From NCBI GenBank assembly GCA_002269645.1, contig NIVC01004866.1, positions 1-32,907 of the forward strand: DNA of 32,907 nt, given 5' to 3'. Both the position numbers and the translations under genes were made by a program. Of this stretch, positions 1 through 10,135 are shown piece by piece; the first letter of the stretch is position 1; every line of letters begins with the position of its first letter. The notes under the pieces are model-generated. The model saw nothing but the letters and a program-made list of their open reading frames with translations. It searched no databases and was not told the DNA's origin. Origin of the DNA: Macrostomum lignano (Eukaryota).

Positions 1-424
1 GATATTCAACAATGTCGTCAATATATAGTTCAAAAAGAATGGTAGAGAGAGGGTTGCTTGAAGAACACCTTTAGATATTGGGATTGGCTGGGTTTCATCA
101 TCATCATCATCTTTTTTTAGAATGAAGCAGGCATTTTTTATGCATGTTCTTGATAAGTTCCATCATTTGACCTTTAATACCCTGATTATCCGTTTTCCAC
201 AAAGGGTCGGTTGATTTAAGCTATCGAAGGCTTTTTCATATTCAACAAATCCAATAAAGAGTTCTTCTTTGTTGTAGATGGATTGGTTTATAATGTTGTA
301 AAGATTAAAACATTGGTCGATTGTGCTGTGATTGGGCTTGAAACCGTATTGGTATTTTGATATAAGATTGTTTGCGTATGCTAGGTTTTCGAGTCTGGAT
401 TTAATAATTTGGCAAAAGAGCTTG
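1..424 (-). mobile_element. Non-LTR retrotransposon (LINE) reverse-transcriptase fragment, duplicate of 8812-9236
   Basis: Near-identical to 8812-9236 apart from a few small indels. The minus strand encodes QYGFKPNHSTIDQ, FVEYEKAFDS and the GVLQG/LYIDD region. It is cut by the window edge on the left and by an abrupt junction to LTR sequence at 424/425. Confidence 0.88.
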
Positions 425-622
425 ACGCGGTATTTGGCAGCACCAAAAACACGAAGGCCCCGGCCGTGAGGCAGTGATCGCTTTATTTATGCAAGTTGAA
501 GTTAAGCCTGCGATGTACATAGAGAGCGAACGTACATTAAATCAATACGATGATTCAGCTAATTATTTGTCACGATTGCTAACAGTTCAGACTGCCTCTA
601 AGGCAAGGAATAAAATATTACA
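425..622 (-). repeat. 3' LTR copy lacking its terminal 6 bp (TGTAAC on +)
   Basis: Matches 9798-9995 and carries all four variants diagnostic of the 9792 LTR rather than the 14263 LTR. The PPT (TTTCTCCCCCAC on +) follows at 623-634. Confidence 0.93.
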
Positions 623-762
623 TTTCTCCCCCACAAAAGGAGCATAGCAACAGGGAATAAAAAGATGAGAGTGAAACACAGCTAGCGAAATGTAGAGTAA
701 AAAGAGGAACGCAGACTGTAATATACATTTCAATCACAGTCTCTGACAGTCCATGGCCTCAG

Positions 763-3695
763 TCACTCAGCGCTCACACCGAGGTAGTCCGGAGGACGCC
801 GCACCCTGGCCGGGTACCGCCGCTCGGCCTGGCTCGACTCCGGGGCGACCTCGTGGGTCACCGGCTGCTCGCGGAGCTGCTCCGCATCGGCCTGGGCTGC
901 GAGCCGCCTGCGCAGCCGGTTCACGTGCACCCAGTGGACCGGCCGAATGCCGAAGGCGCGGCGGATGCGCACCGAGTGGCCGCGCTGCTCGAGCACCGTC
1001 CAGTCCGGCTCCCAGTACGGCGCCAGCTTCGATCGCCGCATCTCGATCTGAGCAACACCTGGGTGCCTTGCGGAAACTGCGGCAGGTCCGACGCCTTCTT
1101 GTCGTGCGCCGCCTTCTGTTGCTGTCCGGCGGTCACCAGGTTTTCCTCAACGAACTCGTGGATGCGGGCCAACCGACGCTCCAGCAGCGCCGAGTAGGTG
1201 CCGATGTCATACTGCTGCTCGCTGGCCTGCACCTGCGGTGGAAGCTGCGGGTCGCGGCCGGTCATCACAGTCAGCGGCGTCACCTTGGTTGAGCTGTGGA
1301 CCCTGGAGTTGTAGGACAGGACCACCAGCGGCAGCTGCTCCTCCCAGCTGGACTCGGTCTCGGTGAACAGCCGCAGCAGTTGCAACAGCGACTTGTTGCC
1401 GCGCTCCACAAGGCCGTTTCCCTGCGGATGGTAGGGCGATGTGCGCGTCTTCCTGATGCCCAGCACTCGCAGCGTCTCCTGGGACAGCTCGCTCTCGAAG
1501 TTCGCGCCCTGATCCGAGTGGATGACCGATGGACTCCGAATAGCGAGAAAACCTTGACTGCAGCGTCCGCGATGGTCTTGGCAGTCTGGTCTGGCATCGG
1601 CATGGCGGTCAGGAACTTGGAGAACTGGTCCTGCATCACCAGCAGGTATAGCTGTTGCCGCGGTCTGACAGCGGCACCTTCAGCACGTCGATGGCCACAG
1701 TCTGCCAGGGCTTGCCGATCGGCATCTCTCCAAGTGGGGCCGCGGGGCGCTGCTGCGCCTTCTTTAGCTGGCAGGTCTGGCACTCCTGGCAGAAACTCAC
1801 CACGTCGCTCTGCAGTCCCGGCCAGTACGCGGCCTGCTTCAGCGTATCGGCCATCTTCTCTGGCCCGAAGTGGCCGCCGATGCCTTCGTGGAAGTCGGTC
1901 AGGAACTGGCGCCGCAGCGACTCCGGAATCACAGGAACGTCTCTCGGTCCTGCGGCGTCGTTGAATGCCCGGCAGAGAAAGCCATCTTGGATCCTCAGCT
2001 TCCGCCAGATGCGGCTGAGGTGTCTCAGGCTGGTGTCCGACCATCTTGGTGGAGTCGTGCTGTCCTTCTCCAGCGCCGCGAGGACCAGCTTGAGCTTCGG
2101 ATCGGCAAGTTGCGCCTGCCGCATCTCCTGATTGGACACCTTCGGCTTTAGCTCCGTTGCCGACGCTCCGATCACCTCGCCGTGGCTTTCGTGCATCCTG
2201 GACAGGCCGTCCGCCTCCACGTTGTCGACGCCCTTGGTATACTTGATGGTGAAGGCGAACTCCTGCAGCAGCAACCGCCAGCGCCCAAGCCGGCCATGGC
2301 TGTCGACCCGCTGAGAATTCAGAAACGTGAGTGGGCAGTGGTCGGTGAAGACCGTGAAGTGCCGGCAAGCAGGTAGTGCCTGTAGGTCTTCAGGGCGTGC
2401 AGGATAGCCAGGCACTCCTTCTCGACAGTTGAGTAGCCCTTCTCCGGTGCCGTAAGCGCTCTGCTGCAGTACTCAATCACCTGGTCTCCTTGCTTGAGCA
2501 CGATGCCGACTCCGGTGTTGCTGGCATCCGTGTAGAGCTGGAACTCCTTGGAGAAGTCCGGGTGGCCGATGATCGGCGGCTGCTGCAGGGCCTCCTTGAG
2601 ACGTCGGAATGCCGTGCCGCACTCGCTGGTCCACTCGAACTTCTCTGTTTTGCTCGTCAGTCTGTGCAGCGGCCCGGCGATGTCGGAGAAGCTCGGCACG
2701 TACTTCCTGTACTGGTTGCAGAGGCCCAGGAACTGCCGCACCTGCGTTGGCGAATGCGATATCGGCCACTCCTGGATAGCGCGCACCTTCTCAGGGCTCA
2801 CGGTGGCACCCTTGGCCGAGAACACGGTGCCGAGAAAAGTGACCTCCGGCAGGCCTAGCTGGCACTTGCGCCTCGGACGGTGAGCCAGCGCCTCTGATCT
2901 TCTCGAAGACTTCTCGCAGGTGCCGGAGATGCTCAGCCTTCGATCTGGAGAAGCACAGCGTGTCGTCCATGTAGGTGAAGGTCTGCGCGGCGCCTTTGAA
3001 CACGCGGTTCATTAGGATGGTGAACGAGCTCGGGCCGCCGCAGACGCCCTGCGGCATCCGCTTGAACTGGTACAGCGGCTTTCCGGCCCTGGGCTGAAGG
3101 CCGTCTTCTGCTTGTCTTCCGGCTTCATCGGAATTTGGAAGTAGCCGCCGTTCAGGTCGATCACCGAGAAAATCTCGTTGCCAGCCAACTTGTCCTTGAC
3201 GAAGTCCATCTGCGGAATGCCCTGCGCTGACCGCACCGTCTTCTTGTTCAGCTCGCGGTAATCGATCGTCAACCGCAGGTCACCGTTATTCTTCCGCACG
3301 TACACTGGAGTCGCCACGTACGGGCTGTCCGACTCCTCGATGACGTCATTGTCCAGCAGCTCCTGAATCAGCTTCCTCACCTCGGGCTCCCAGTGCACCG
3401 GGAGCTTCCTCGGCGGGATCCGCACCGGAACATCGTCAGTCAGCGGGATGCTGTGCTCGTGTCGATCCGTCAGCCCTGGCCGCCTGGTGAAAATGTCGCT
3501 GAACTCGCGCACCAAAGCTCGGATGTCCGGGTCCTCCGCGACTGGCAGGTCGATCTTGGTGAAATCCGGCACCAGCTTCTCTTCAATGTCCTCGAGCTGA
3601 CTGTCAGCATCGAGGTGACTCATGCCGTTGATCACACAAGAGTCCTTTGATGGGGTCTCTGCTGCACTGTCGCTGAAGTCCAGGCACATGTTGCA
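763..3695 (-). pseudogene. pol: pol fragment (RT-RNase H-integrase) split by frameshifts
   Basis: ORF pieces 3012-3689, 2791-3057 (YMDD), 2319-2825 (TDAS RNase H), 1636-2415 (HHCC zinc finger), 921-1466 (integrase core HPQGNGLVER) and 763-1041 (C-terminus RYPARVRRPPDYL). Confidence 0.92.
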
Positions 3696-6600
3696 TAGTG
3701 TTCGACATAGTGGCTCTTTTATGTTTTACATGGTGGCTCTTTTATGTTTGAAACGATGGCTTTTTAATGTCTGACATGGTGGCTCTTTTATGTTTTACAT
3801 GGTGGCTCTTTTATGTTTGACATGGTGGCTCTTTATTGTTTGACATGGTGGCTCTTTAATGTTTAACCTGGTAGCTCTTTTATTTTTGACACAGTGGCTC
3901 TTTAATGTTCGACAAAGTGGCTATGTAATGTTTGACAAGGTGGCTTTTAAATGTTTGACATGGTGGCTCCTTAATGTTCAAAATGGTGGCTCTTTAATGT
4001 TTGACATAAAGACATATATATAATTGACATGGTGGCTCTTAAATGTTTGACATGGTGGCTCTTTATTGTTTGACATGGTGGCTCTTTAATGTTTGACATG
4101 GTGGCTCTTTAATGTTCTAAATGGTGGCTCTTTAATGTTTGACATGGTGGCTCTTAAATGTTTGACATGGTAGCTCTTTTATGTTGACATGGTAGTTCTT
4201 TTAGGTTTGACATGGTGGCTGGTTAATGTTCGGTATAATGGCCCTTTAATGTTCAACGTAGTGGCTCTTTAATATTCTACATGGTGGCTCTTTTATGTTT
4301 AACATGGTGGCTCTTTAATGTTCGAAATGGTGGCTCTTTTGTTTTACATGGTGGCTCTTTAATGTTTTACATGGTGGCTCTTAAATGTTTGACATGGTAG
4401 CTCTTTTATGTTGACATGGTAGTTCTTTTAGGTTTGACATGGTGGCTGGTTAATGTTCGGTATAATGGCCCTTTAATGTTCAACGTAGTGGCTCTTTAAT
4501 ATTCTACATGGTGGCTCTTTTATGTTTAACATGGTGGCTCTTTAATGTTCGAAATGGTGGCTCTTTTGTTTTACATGGTGGCTCTTTAATGTTTGACATG
4601 GTGGCTCTTTAATGTTTGACATAAAGTCCCTTATATGTTCGATATGGTGGCTCTTTTATGCTTGACATGATGGCTCTTTTAGGTTTAACATGATGGCTCT
4701 TTTAGGTTTAACATGGTGGCTCTTTTAGGTTTAACATGGTGGCTCTTAAATGTTTGACATAAAGTCACTTATATGGTTGACATGGTGGCTCTTTTATATT
4801 CTACATTTTGGCTCTTAAATTTTCGACATGGTGGCTCTTTTAGGTTTGACATGGTGGCTCTTTAATGTTTGACACGGTGGCTCTTTAATGTTTAACATAG
4901 TGACTCTTTTAGGTTTGACATGGTGGCTCTTTAATGTTTGACATGGTGGCTCTTTAATGTTTAACATAGTGACTTTTAATGTTTGACATAATGGCTCTTT
5001 AATGTTCGACATGGTGGCTCTTTAATATTCGACATGGTGTCTCTTTAATGTTCGACATGGTGGCTCTTTTATGTTTTACATGGTGGCTCTTTTATGTTTG
5101 AAACGATGGCTTTTTAATGTCTGACATGGTGGCTCTTTTATGTTTTACATGGTGGCTCTTTTATGTTTGACATGGTGGCTCTTTATTGTTTGACATGGTG
5201 GCTCTTTAATGTTTAACCTGGTAGCTCTTTTATGTTTGACACAGTGGCTCTTTAATGTTCGACAAAGTGGCTATGTAATGTTTGACAAGGTGGCTTTTAA
5301 ATGTTTGACATGGTGGCTCCTTAATGTTCAAAATGGTGGCTCTTTAATGTTTGACATAAAGACATATATATAATTGACATGGTGGCTCTTAAATGTTTGA
5401 CATGGTGGCTCTTTATTGTTTGACATGGTGGCTCTTTAATGTTTGACATGGTGGCTCTTTAATGTTCTAAATGGTGGCTCTTTAATGTTTGACATGGTAG
5501 CTCTTTTATGTTCGACATGGTGGCTCTTTTAGGTTTGACATGGTGGCTCTTTTAGGTTTGACATGGTGGCTCTTTAATGTTCTAAATGGTGGCTCTTTAA
5601 TGTTTTACATGGTGGCTCTTAAATGTTTGACATGGTAGCTCTTTTATGTTGACATGGTAGTTCTTTTAGGTTTGACATGGTGGCTGGTTAATGTTCGGTA
5701 TAATGGCCCTTTAATGTTCAACGTAGTGGCTCTTTAATATTCTACATGGTGGCTCTTTTATGTTTAACATGGTGGCTCTTTAATGTTCGAAATGGTGGCT
5801 CTTTTGTTTTACATGGTGGCTCTTTAATGTTTGACATGGTGGCTCTTTAATGTTTGACATAAAGTCCCTTATATGTTCGATATGGTGGCTCTTTTATGCT
5901 TGACATGATGGCTCTTTTAGGTTTAACATGATGGCTCTTTTAGGTTTAACATGGTGGCTCTTTTAGGTTTAACATGGTGGCTCTTAAATGTTTGACATAA
6001 AGTCACTTATATGGTTGACATGGTGGCTCTTTTATATTCTACATTTTGGCTCTTAAATTTTCGACATGGTGGCTCTTTTAGGTTTGACATGGTGGCTCTT
6101 TAATGTTTGACATGGTGGCTCTTTAATGTTTAACATAGTGACTTTTACTGTTTGACATAATGGCTCTTTAATGTTCGACATGGTGGCTCTTTAATATTCG
6201 ACATGGTGTCTCTTTAATGTTCGACATGGTGGCTCTTTTATGTTTTACATGGTGGCTCTTTTATGTTTGAAACGATGGCTTTTTAATGTCTGACATGGTG
6301 GCTCTTTTATGTTTTACATGGTGGCTCTTTTATGTTTGACATGGTGGCTCTTTATTGTTTGACATGGTGGCTCTTTAATGTTTAACATGGTAGCTCTTTT
6401 ATGTTTGACACAGTGGCTCTTTAATGTTCGACAAAGTGGCTATTTAATGTTTGACAAGGTGGCTTTTAAATGTTTGACATGGTGGCTCCTTAATGTTCAA
6501 AATGGTGGCTCTTTAATGTTTGACATAAAGACATATATATAATTGACATGGTGGCTCTTAAATGTTTGACATGGTGGCTCTTTATTGTTTGACATGGTGG

Positions 6601-8127
6601 CTCTTTAATGTTCGACAAAGTGGCTCTTTAATGTTCTTCATGGTATAGCTCTTTTATCTTCGACATGGTGGCTCTTTAGGTTTGACATGGTGGCTAATTT
6701 AGGTTTGACATGGTGGCTCTTAAATGTTTGACATGGTGGCTCTTAAATGTTTCAAATGGTGGCTCTTCAATGTTTTACATGGTGGCTCCTAAATGTTTGA
6801 CATGGTGGCTCGTAAATGTTTGACATGGTTGCTCTTTAATGTTCGAAATGGTGGCTCTTTTGTTTTACATGGTGGCTCTTTAATGTTTGACATGGTGGCT
6901 CTTTAATATTCTACATTGTGGCTCTTAAGTGTTCGAAATGGTGGATCTTTTAGGTTTGACATGATGGCTGTTTAATGTTTGACATGATGGCTCTCTAATG
7001 TTTGACATGATGGCTCTGTAATGTTTGACATGGTAGCTCTTTTATGTTGACATGGTGGTTCTTTTAGGTTTGACATGGTGGCTGTTTAATGTTCAGTATA
7101 ATGGCTCTTTAATGTTCAACATAGTGGCTCTTTAATATTCTACATGGTGGCTCTTTTATGTTTAACATGGTGGCTCTTTAATGTTCGAAATGGTGGCTCT
7201 TTTGTTTTACATGGTGGCTCTTTTAGGTTTAACATGGTGGCTCTTTTAGGTTTAACATGGTGGCTCTTTTAGGTTTAACATGGTGGCTCTTTTATGCTTG
7301 ATATGGTGGCTCTTTATTGTTTAACATGGTGACTTTTAATGTTTGACATGGTGGCTCTTTAATGTTCGACATGGTGGCTCTTTAATGTTTGGCATGGTGG
7401 CTCTTTAATGTTTTACATGGTGGCTCTTTTATGTTCGACATGTTGGCTCTTTAATGTTTGACATGGTAGCTCTTTAATGTTCGACAAAGTGGCTCCTAAA
7501 TGTTTGACATAGTGGCTCTTTAATGTTCAAAATGGTGGCTCTTTTATGTTTGACATGGTGGCTCTTTAATGATTGACATAGTGGCTCTTTAATGTTCGAC
7601 ATAGTGGCTCTTTAATATTTGACAATGTGGCTTTTGAATGTTTGACATGGTGGCTCTTTAATGTTTGACATGGTAGCTCTGTTATGTTTGACATGGTGGC
7701 TCTTCTAGTTTTGACGCGAAGGCTCTTAAATGTTTAACATGGTGGCTCTTTAATGTTTCACATGGTGGCTCTTTAATGTTTTACATGGTGGCTCTTTTAT
7801 GTTTAACATGGTAGCTCTTTAATATTTTACACGGCGGCTCTTTTATGTTCGACATGGTGGCTCTTTAATGTTCGAAATGGTGGCTCTTTAATGTTCGAAA
7901 TGGTGGCTCTTTAATGTTCGAAATGGTGGCTCTTTAATGTTTGACATAAAGTCACTTATATGTTTTACATGGTGCCTCTTGAATATTAGACATGGTGGCT
8001 CGTTTATGTTTGACATGGTGGCTCTTTTATGTTTGACATGGTAACTCTTTTATGTTCGATATGTTGGCTCTTTAATGTTCGACATGGTGGCTCTTCTATG
8101 TTTGACATTGCGCTTCTTTTATGTTTA
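3696..8127. repeat. Tandem satellite, 23-bp unit (consensus CATGGTGGCTCTTTAATGTTTGA), about 190 units, with higher-order repeats
   Basis: Unit starts at 4028, 4051, 4074 and 4097 give a 23-bp period. Rare variant blocks recur at 3751/5101/6270 (AAACGATGG) and at 4011/5361/6530 (GACATATATA). Confidence 0.97.
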
Positions 8128-8171
8128 GCAGTTTTGTGTTTTTAAGGTGTTTTAATAAAAAAAATCTATTT

Positions 8172-8236
8172 TGCACTACTAAGATTCGAACCCAGGTCGC
8201 TAAATTAGCATTCCAGTCTGTTCGCATCAGGGCTAT
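8172..8236 (-). mobile_element. Possible decayed tRNA-derived SINE head
   Basis: The minus strand has a B-box-like GGTTCGAATCT (8182-8192) after ACTGGAATGCTAATTTAGCGACCTG. There is no clear A box or cloverleaf. Confidence 0.3.
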
Positions 8237-8239
8237 CTT

Positions 8240-8733
8240 TTTTCAATTGGAGAACATGAATTGTGGCCCTTATAATTCAATTCTTAGAGCAAGTCAATTG
8301 GAGTAAAAAGTTATGACATAATCAATTTCTCTGTCAGCCAGAATCAGTCTCAATTTAAGTTGGCAATATGGTTACGCAATTTAAACCAAGTCGTGTGTGC
8401 ATTTCTTCGACACTGTTTTCAACTTGTTGTGATGCAATCTTTATCACAATCGGAATTCAGCCAGTCAGTCATTCTTACAATGCATTTCAAGTCGAAAATT
8501 TGGCTTGACCTTTGCAAAAAAGAATGTTTTTCGAATATTTAATCCCTTTAACATTGAGCAATTTCTTAGCCAGGATGCATGTACCGTGCCAGGAAAATTT
8601 CTGATCAAATGGTGCAAGTTTGAAGAAAATCGGTTGAGCCATTTTTTCTGAAATCTATCGCATACCGACAGACAACTCATTTTTAGTATATTGGAAGCAA
8701 GCATACAAATATTAGAGATTTAGTATATTTAGA
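8240..8733 (-). mobile_element. Helitron-like non-autonomous element 5' region
   Basis: The minus strand starts A|TCTAAATATACTAA exactly where the LINE RT frame stops. It continues with TATACTAAAAATGAGTTGTCTGTCGG...GGCTCAACCGATTTTCTTCAAACTTG, resembling invertebrate Helitron 5' ends as recalled, not searched. No CTRR 3' end with hairpin was found. Confidence 0.45.
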
Positions 8734-9330
8734 TGGCTTGATCGTCTGCAAAGAGTAGGATGAGTGGGAAAGCAGATCTCGTAAGAGAGCGCCTAGCGCT
8801 AGAGAGTTCAAGATATTCAACAATGTCGTCAATATATAGTTCAAAAAGAATGGTAGAGAGAGGGTTGCCTTGAAGAACACCTTTAGATATTGGGATTGGC
8901 TGGGTTTCATCATCATCATCATCTTTTTTTAGAATGAAGCAGGCATTTTTATGCATGTTCTTGATAAGTTCCATCATTTGACCTTTAATACCCTGATTAT
9001 CCGTTTTGCACCAAAGGGTCGGTTGATTTAAGCTATCGAAGGCTTTTTCATATTCAACAAATCCAATAAAGAGTTCTTCTTTGTTGTAGATGGATTGGTT
9101 TATAATGTTGTAAAGATTAAAACATTGGTCGATTGTGCTGTGATTGGGCTTGAAACCGTATTGGTATTTTGATATAAGATTGTTTGCGTATGCTAGGTTT
9201 TCGAGTCTGGATTTAATAATTTGGCAAAAGAGCTTGCCAAGAATTGGTTGAATGCAGATTCCTCTGTAATTGTTGGGGTCGGCACTGCTGCTGATGGATG
9301 ATGTTCAGCCAAATTTGAAAAAAATATTTA
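8734..9330 (-). mobile_element. LINE reverse-transcriptase domain fragment (CR1/L2/RTE-like)
   Basis: Minus-strand translation: DPNNYRGICIQPILGKLF...QYGFKPNHSTIDQCF...FVEYEKAFDSLNQPTLW...KGVLQGNPLSTILFELYIDD...LFADD. It is truncated immediately after the FADD motif. Confidence 0.9.
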
Positions 9331-9791
9331 ACATTCTCTGTGTTAATAGGAAATATATACAAAATGAGCAAAAAACTTTTTCACACGAAAAATTTACTTA
9401 TAAAAAGAATACTACCTTAAGATCCAAAAGCTTAGGATTGCCCATTAGCAAAGAAAAAAATATACGCAACTGTGTAATTTGTTTTAATCGTAAATTTTCG
9501 TTACCGAAAACAACTGGACTAACAACAACCCAGAGACTTCTTAATCTTATATTCTTTGCTGAAAAAATTCTGCCCGACAATGGCGAGGACTAACCTTTTT
9601 TTCAACTCAAAGCTACTTATTATCTGCTTCCCCAGATTCACAAATTGAGGTTATGGAAAGGTAGACAAATTTTAGAAAAACTCAGAAGCTGAGCCTATAT
9701 CGTTGGTTTAAGACTGTCCATCGAGCTCGCTGAGAGACGAAACTGCCAGGTTTTTTTGCAGTTTCAGTCGTGGCGTATACATGTATGCATA

Positions 9792-9995
9792 TGTAACACG
9801 CGGTATTTGGCAGCACCAAAAACACGAAGGCCCCGGCCGTGAGGCAGTGATCGCTTTATTTATGCAAGTTGAAGTTAAGCCTGCGATGTACATAGAGAGC
9901 GAACGTACATTAAATCAATACGATGATTCAGCTAATTATTTGTCACGATTGCTAACAGTTCAGACTGCCTCTAAGGCAAGGAATAAAATATTACA
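9792..9995 (-). repeat. 3' LTR (204 bp)
   Basis: TGTAACAC...ATATTACA. It differs from the 14263-14462 LTR by 3 substitutions and one 4-bp indel. Confidence 0.96.
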
Positions 9996-10007
9996 TTTCT
10001 CCCCCAC
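9996..10007 (-). other. Polypurine tract
   Basis: GTGGGGGAGAAA on the minus strand directly abuts the 3' LTR. Confidence 0.9.
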
Positions 10008-10135
10008 AAAAGGAGCATAGCAACAGGGAATAAAAAGATGAGAGTGAAACACAGCTAGCGAAATGTAGAGTAAAAAGAGGAACGCAGACTGTAATATACA
10101 TTTCAATCACAGTCTCTGACAGTCCATGGCCTCAG

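Larger units (their letters stand above)
425..3695 (-). mobile_element. Partial duplicate of the Ty3/gypsy element (3' LTR, PPT, integrase, RNase H, RT; lacks gag, protease and 5' LTR)
   Basis: Colinear and near-identical to 9798-13072. It ends at ...CACATGTTGCA (3695), where it joins the satellite. Confidence 0.96.

Noticed and set aside
4815-5012. Repetitive ORF MSNIKEPLCQ... on the minus strand
   Set aside because: This is translation of the satellite. A 23-bp period cycles through frames and normally hits TAA every third unit.
3696-8127. CRISPR-like array
   Set aside because: The units are contiguous variants of one 23-mer with no unique spacers, there are no cas genes, and the context is eukaryotic.
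8172-8236. Functional tRNA gene
   Set aside because: Only a B-box-like motif is present. No acceptor stem, D arm or anticodon arm can be folded, so it is kept only as a low-confidence SINE remnant.
8905-8925. Poly-Asp (DDDDD) insertion as a special RT feature
   Set aside because: It is a short (CAT)n microsatellite in a dead LINE fragment, with no evidence of function.
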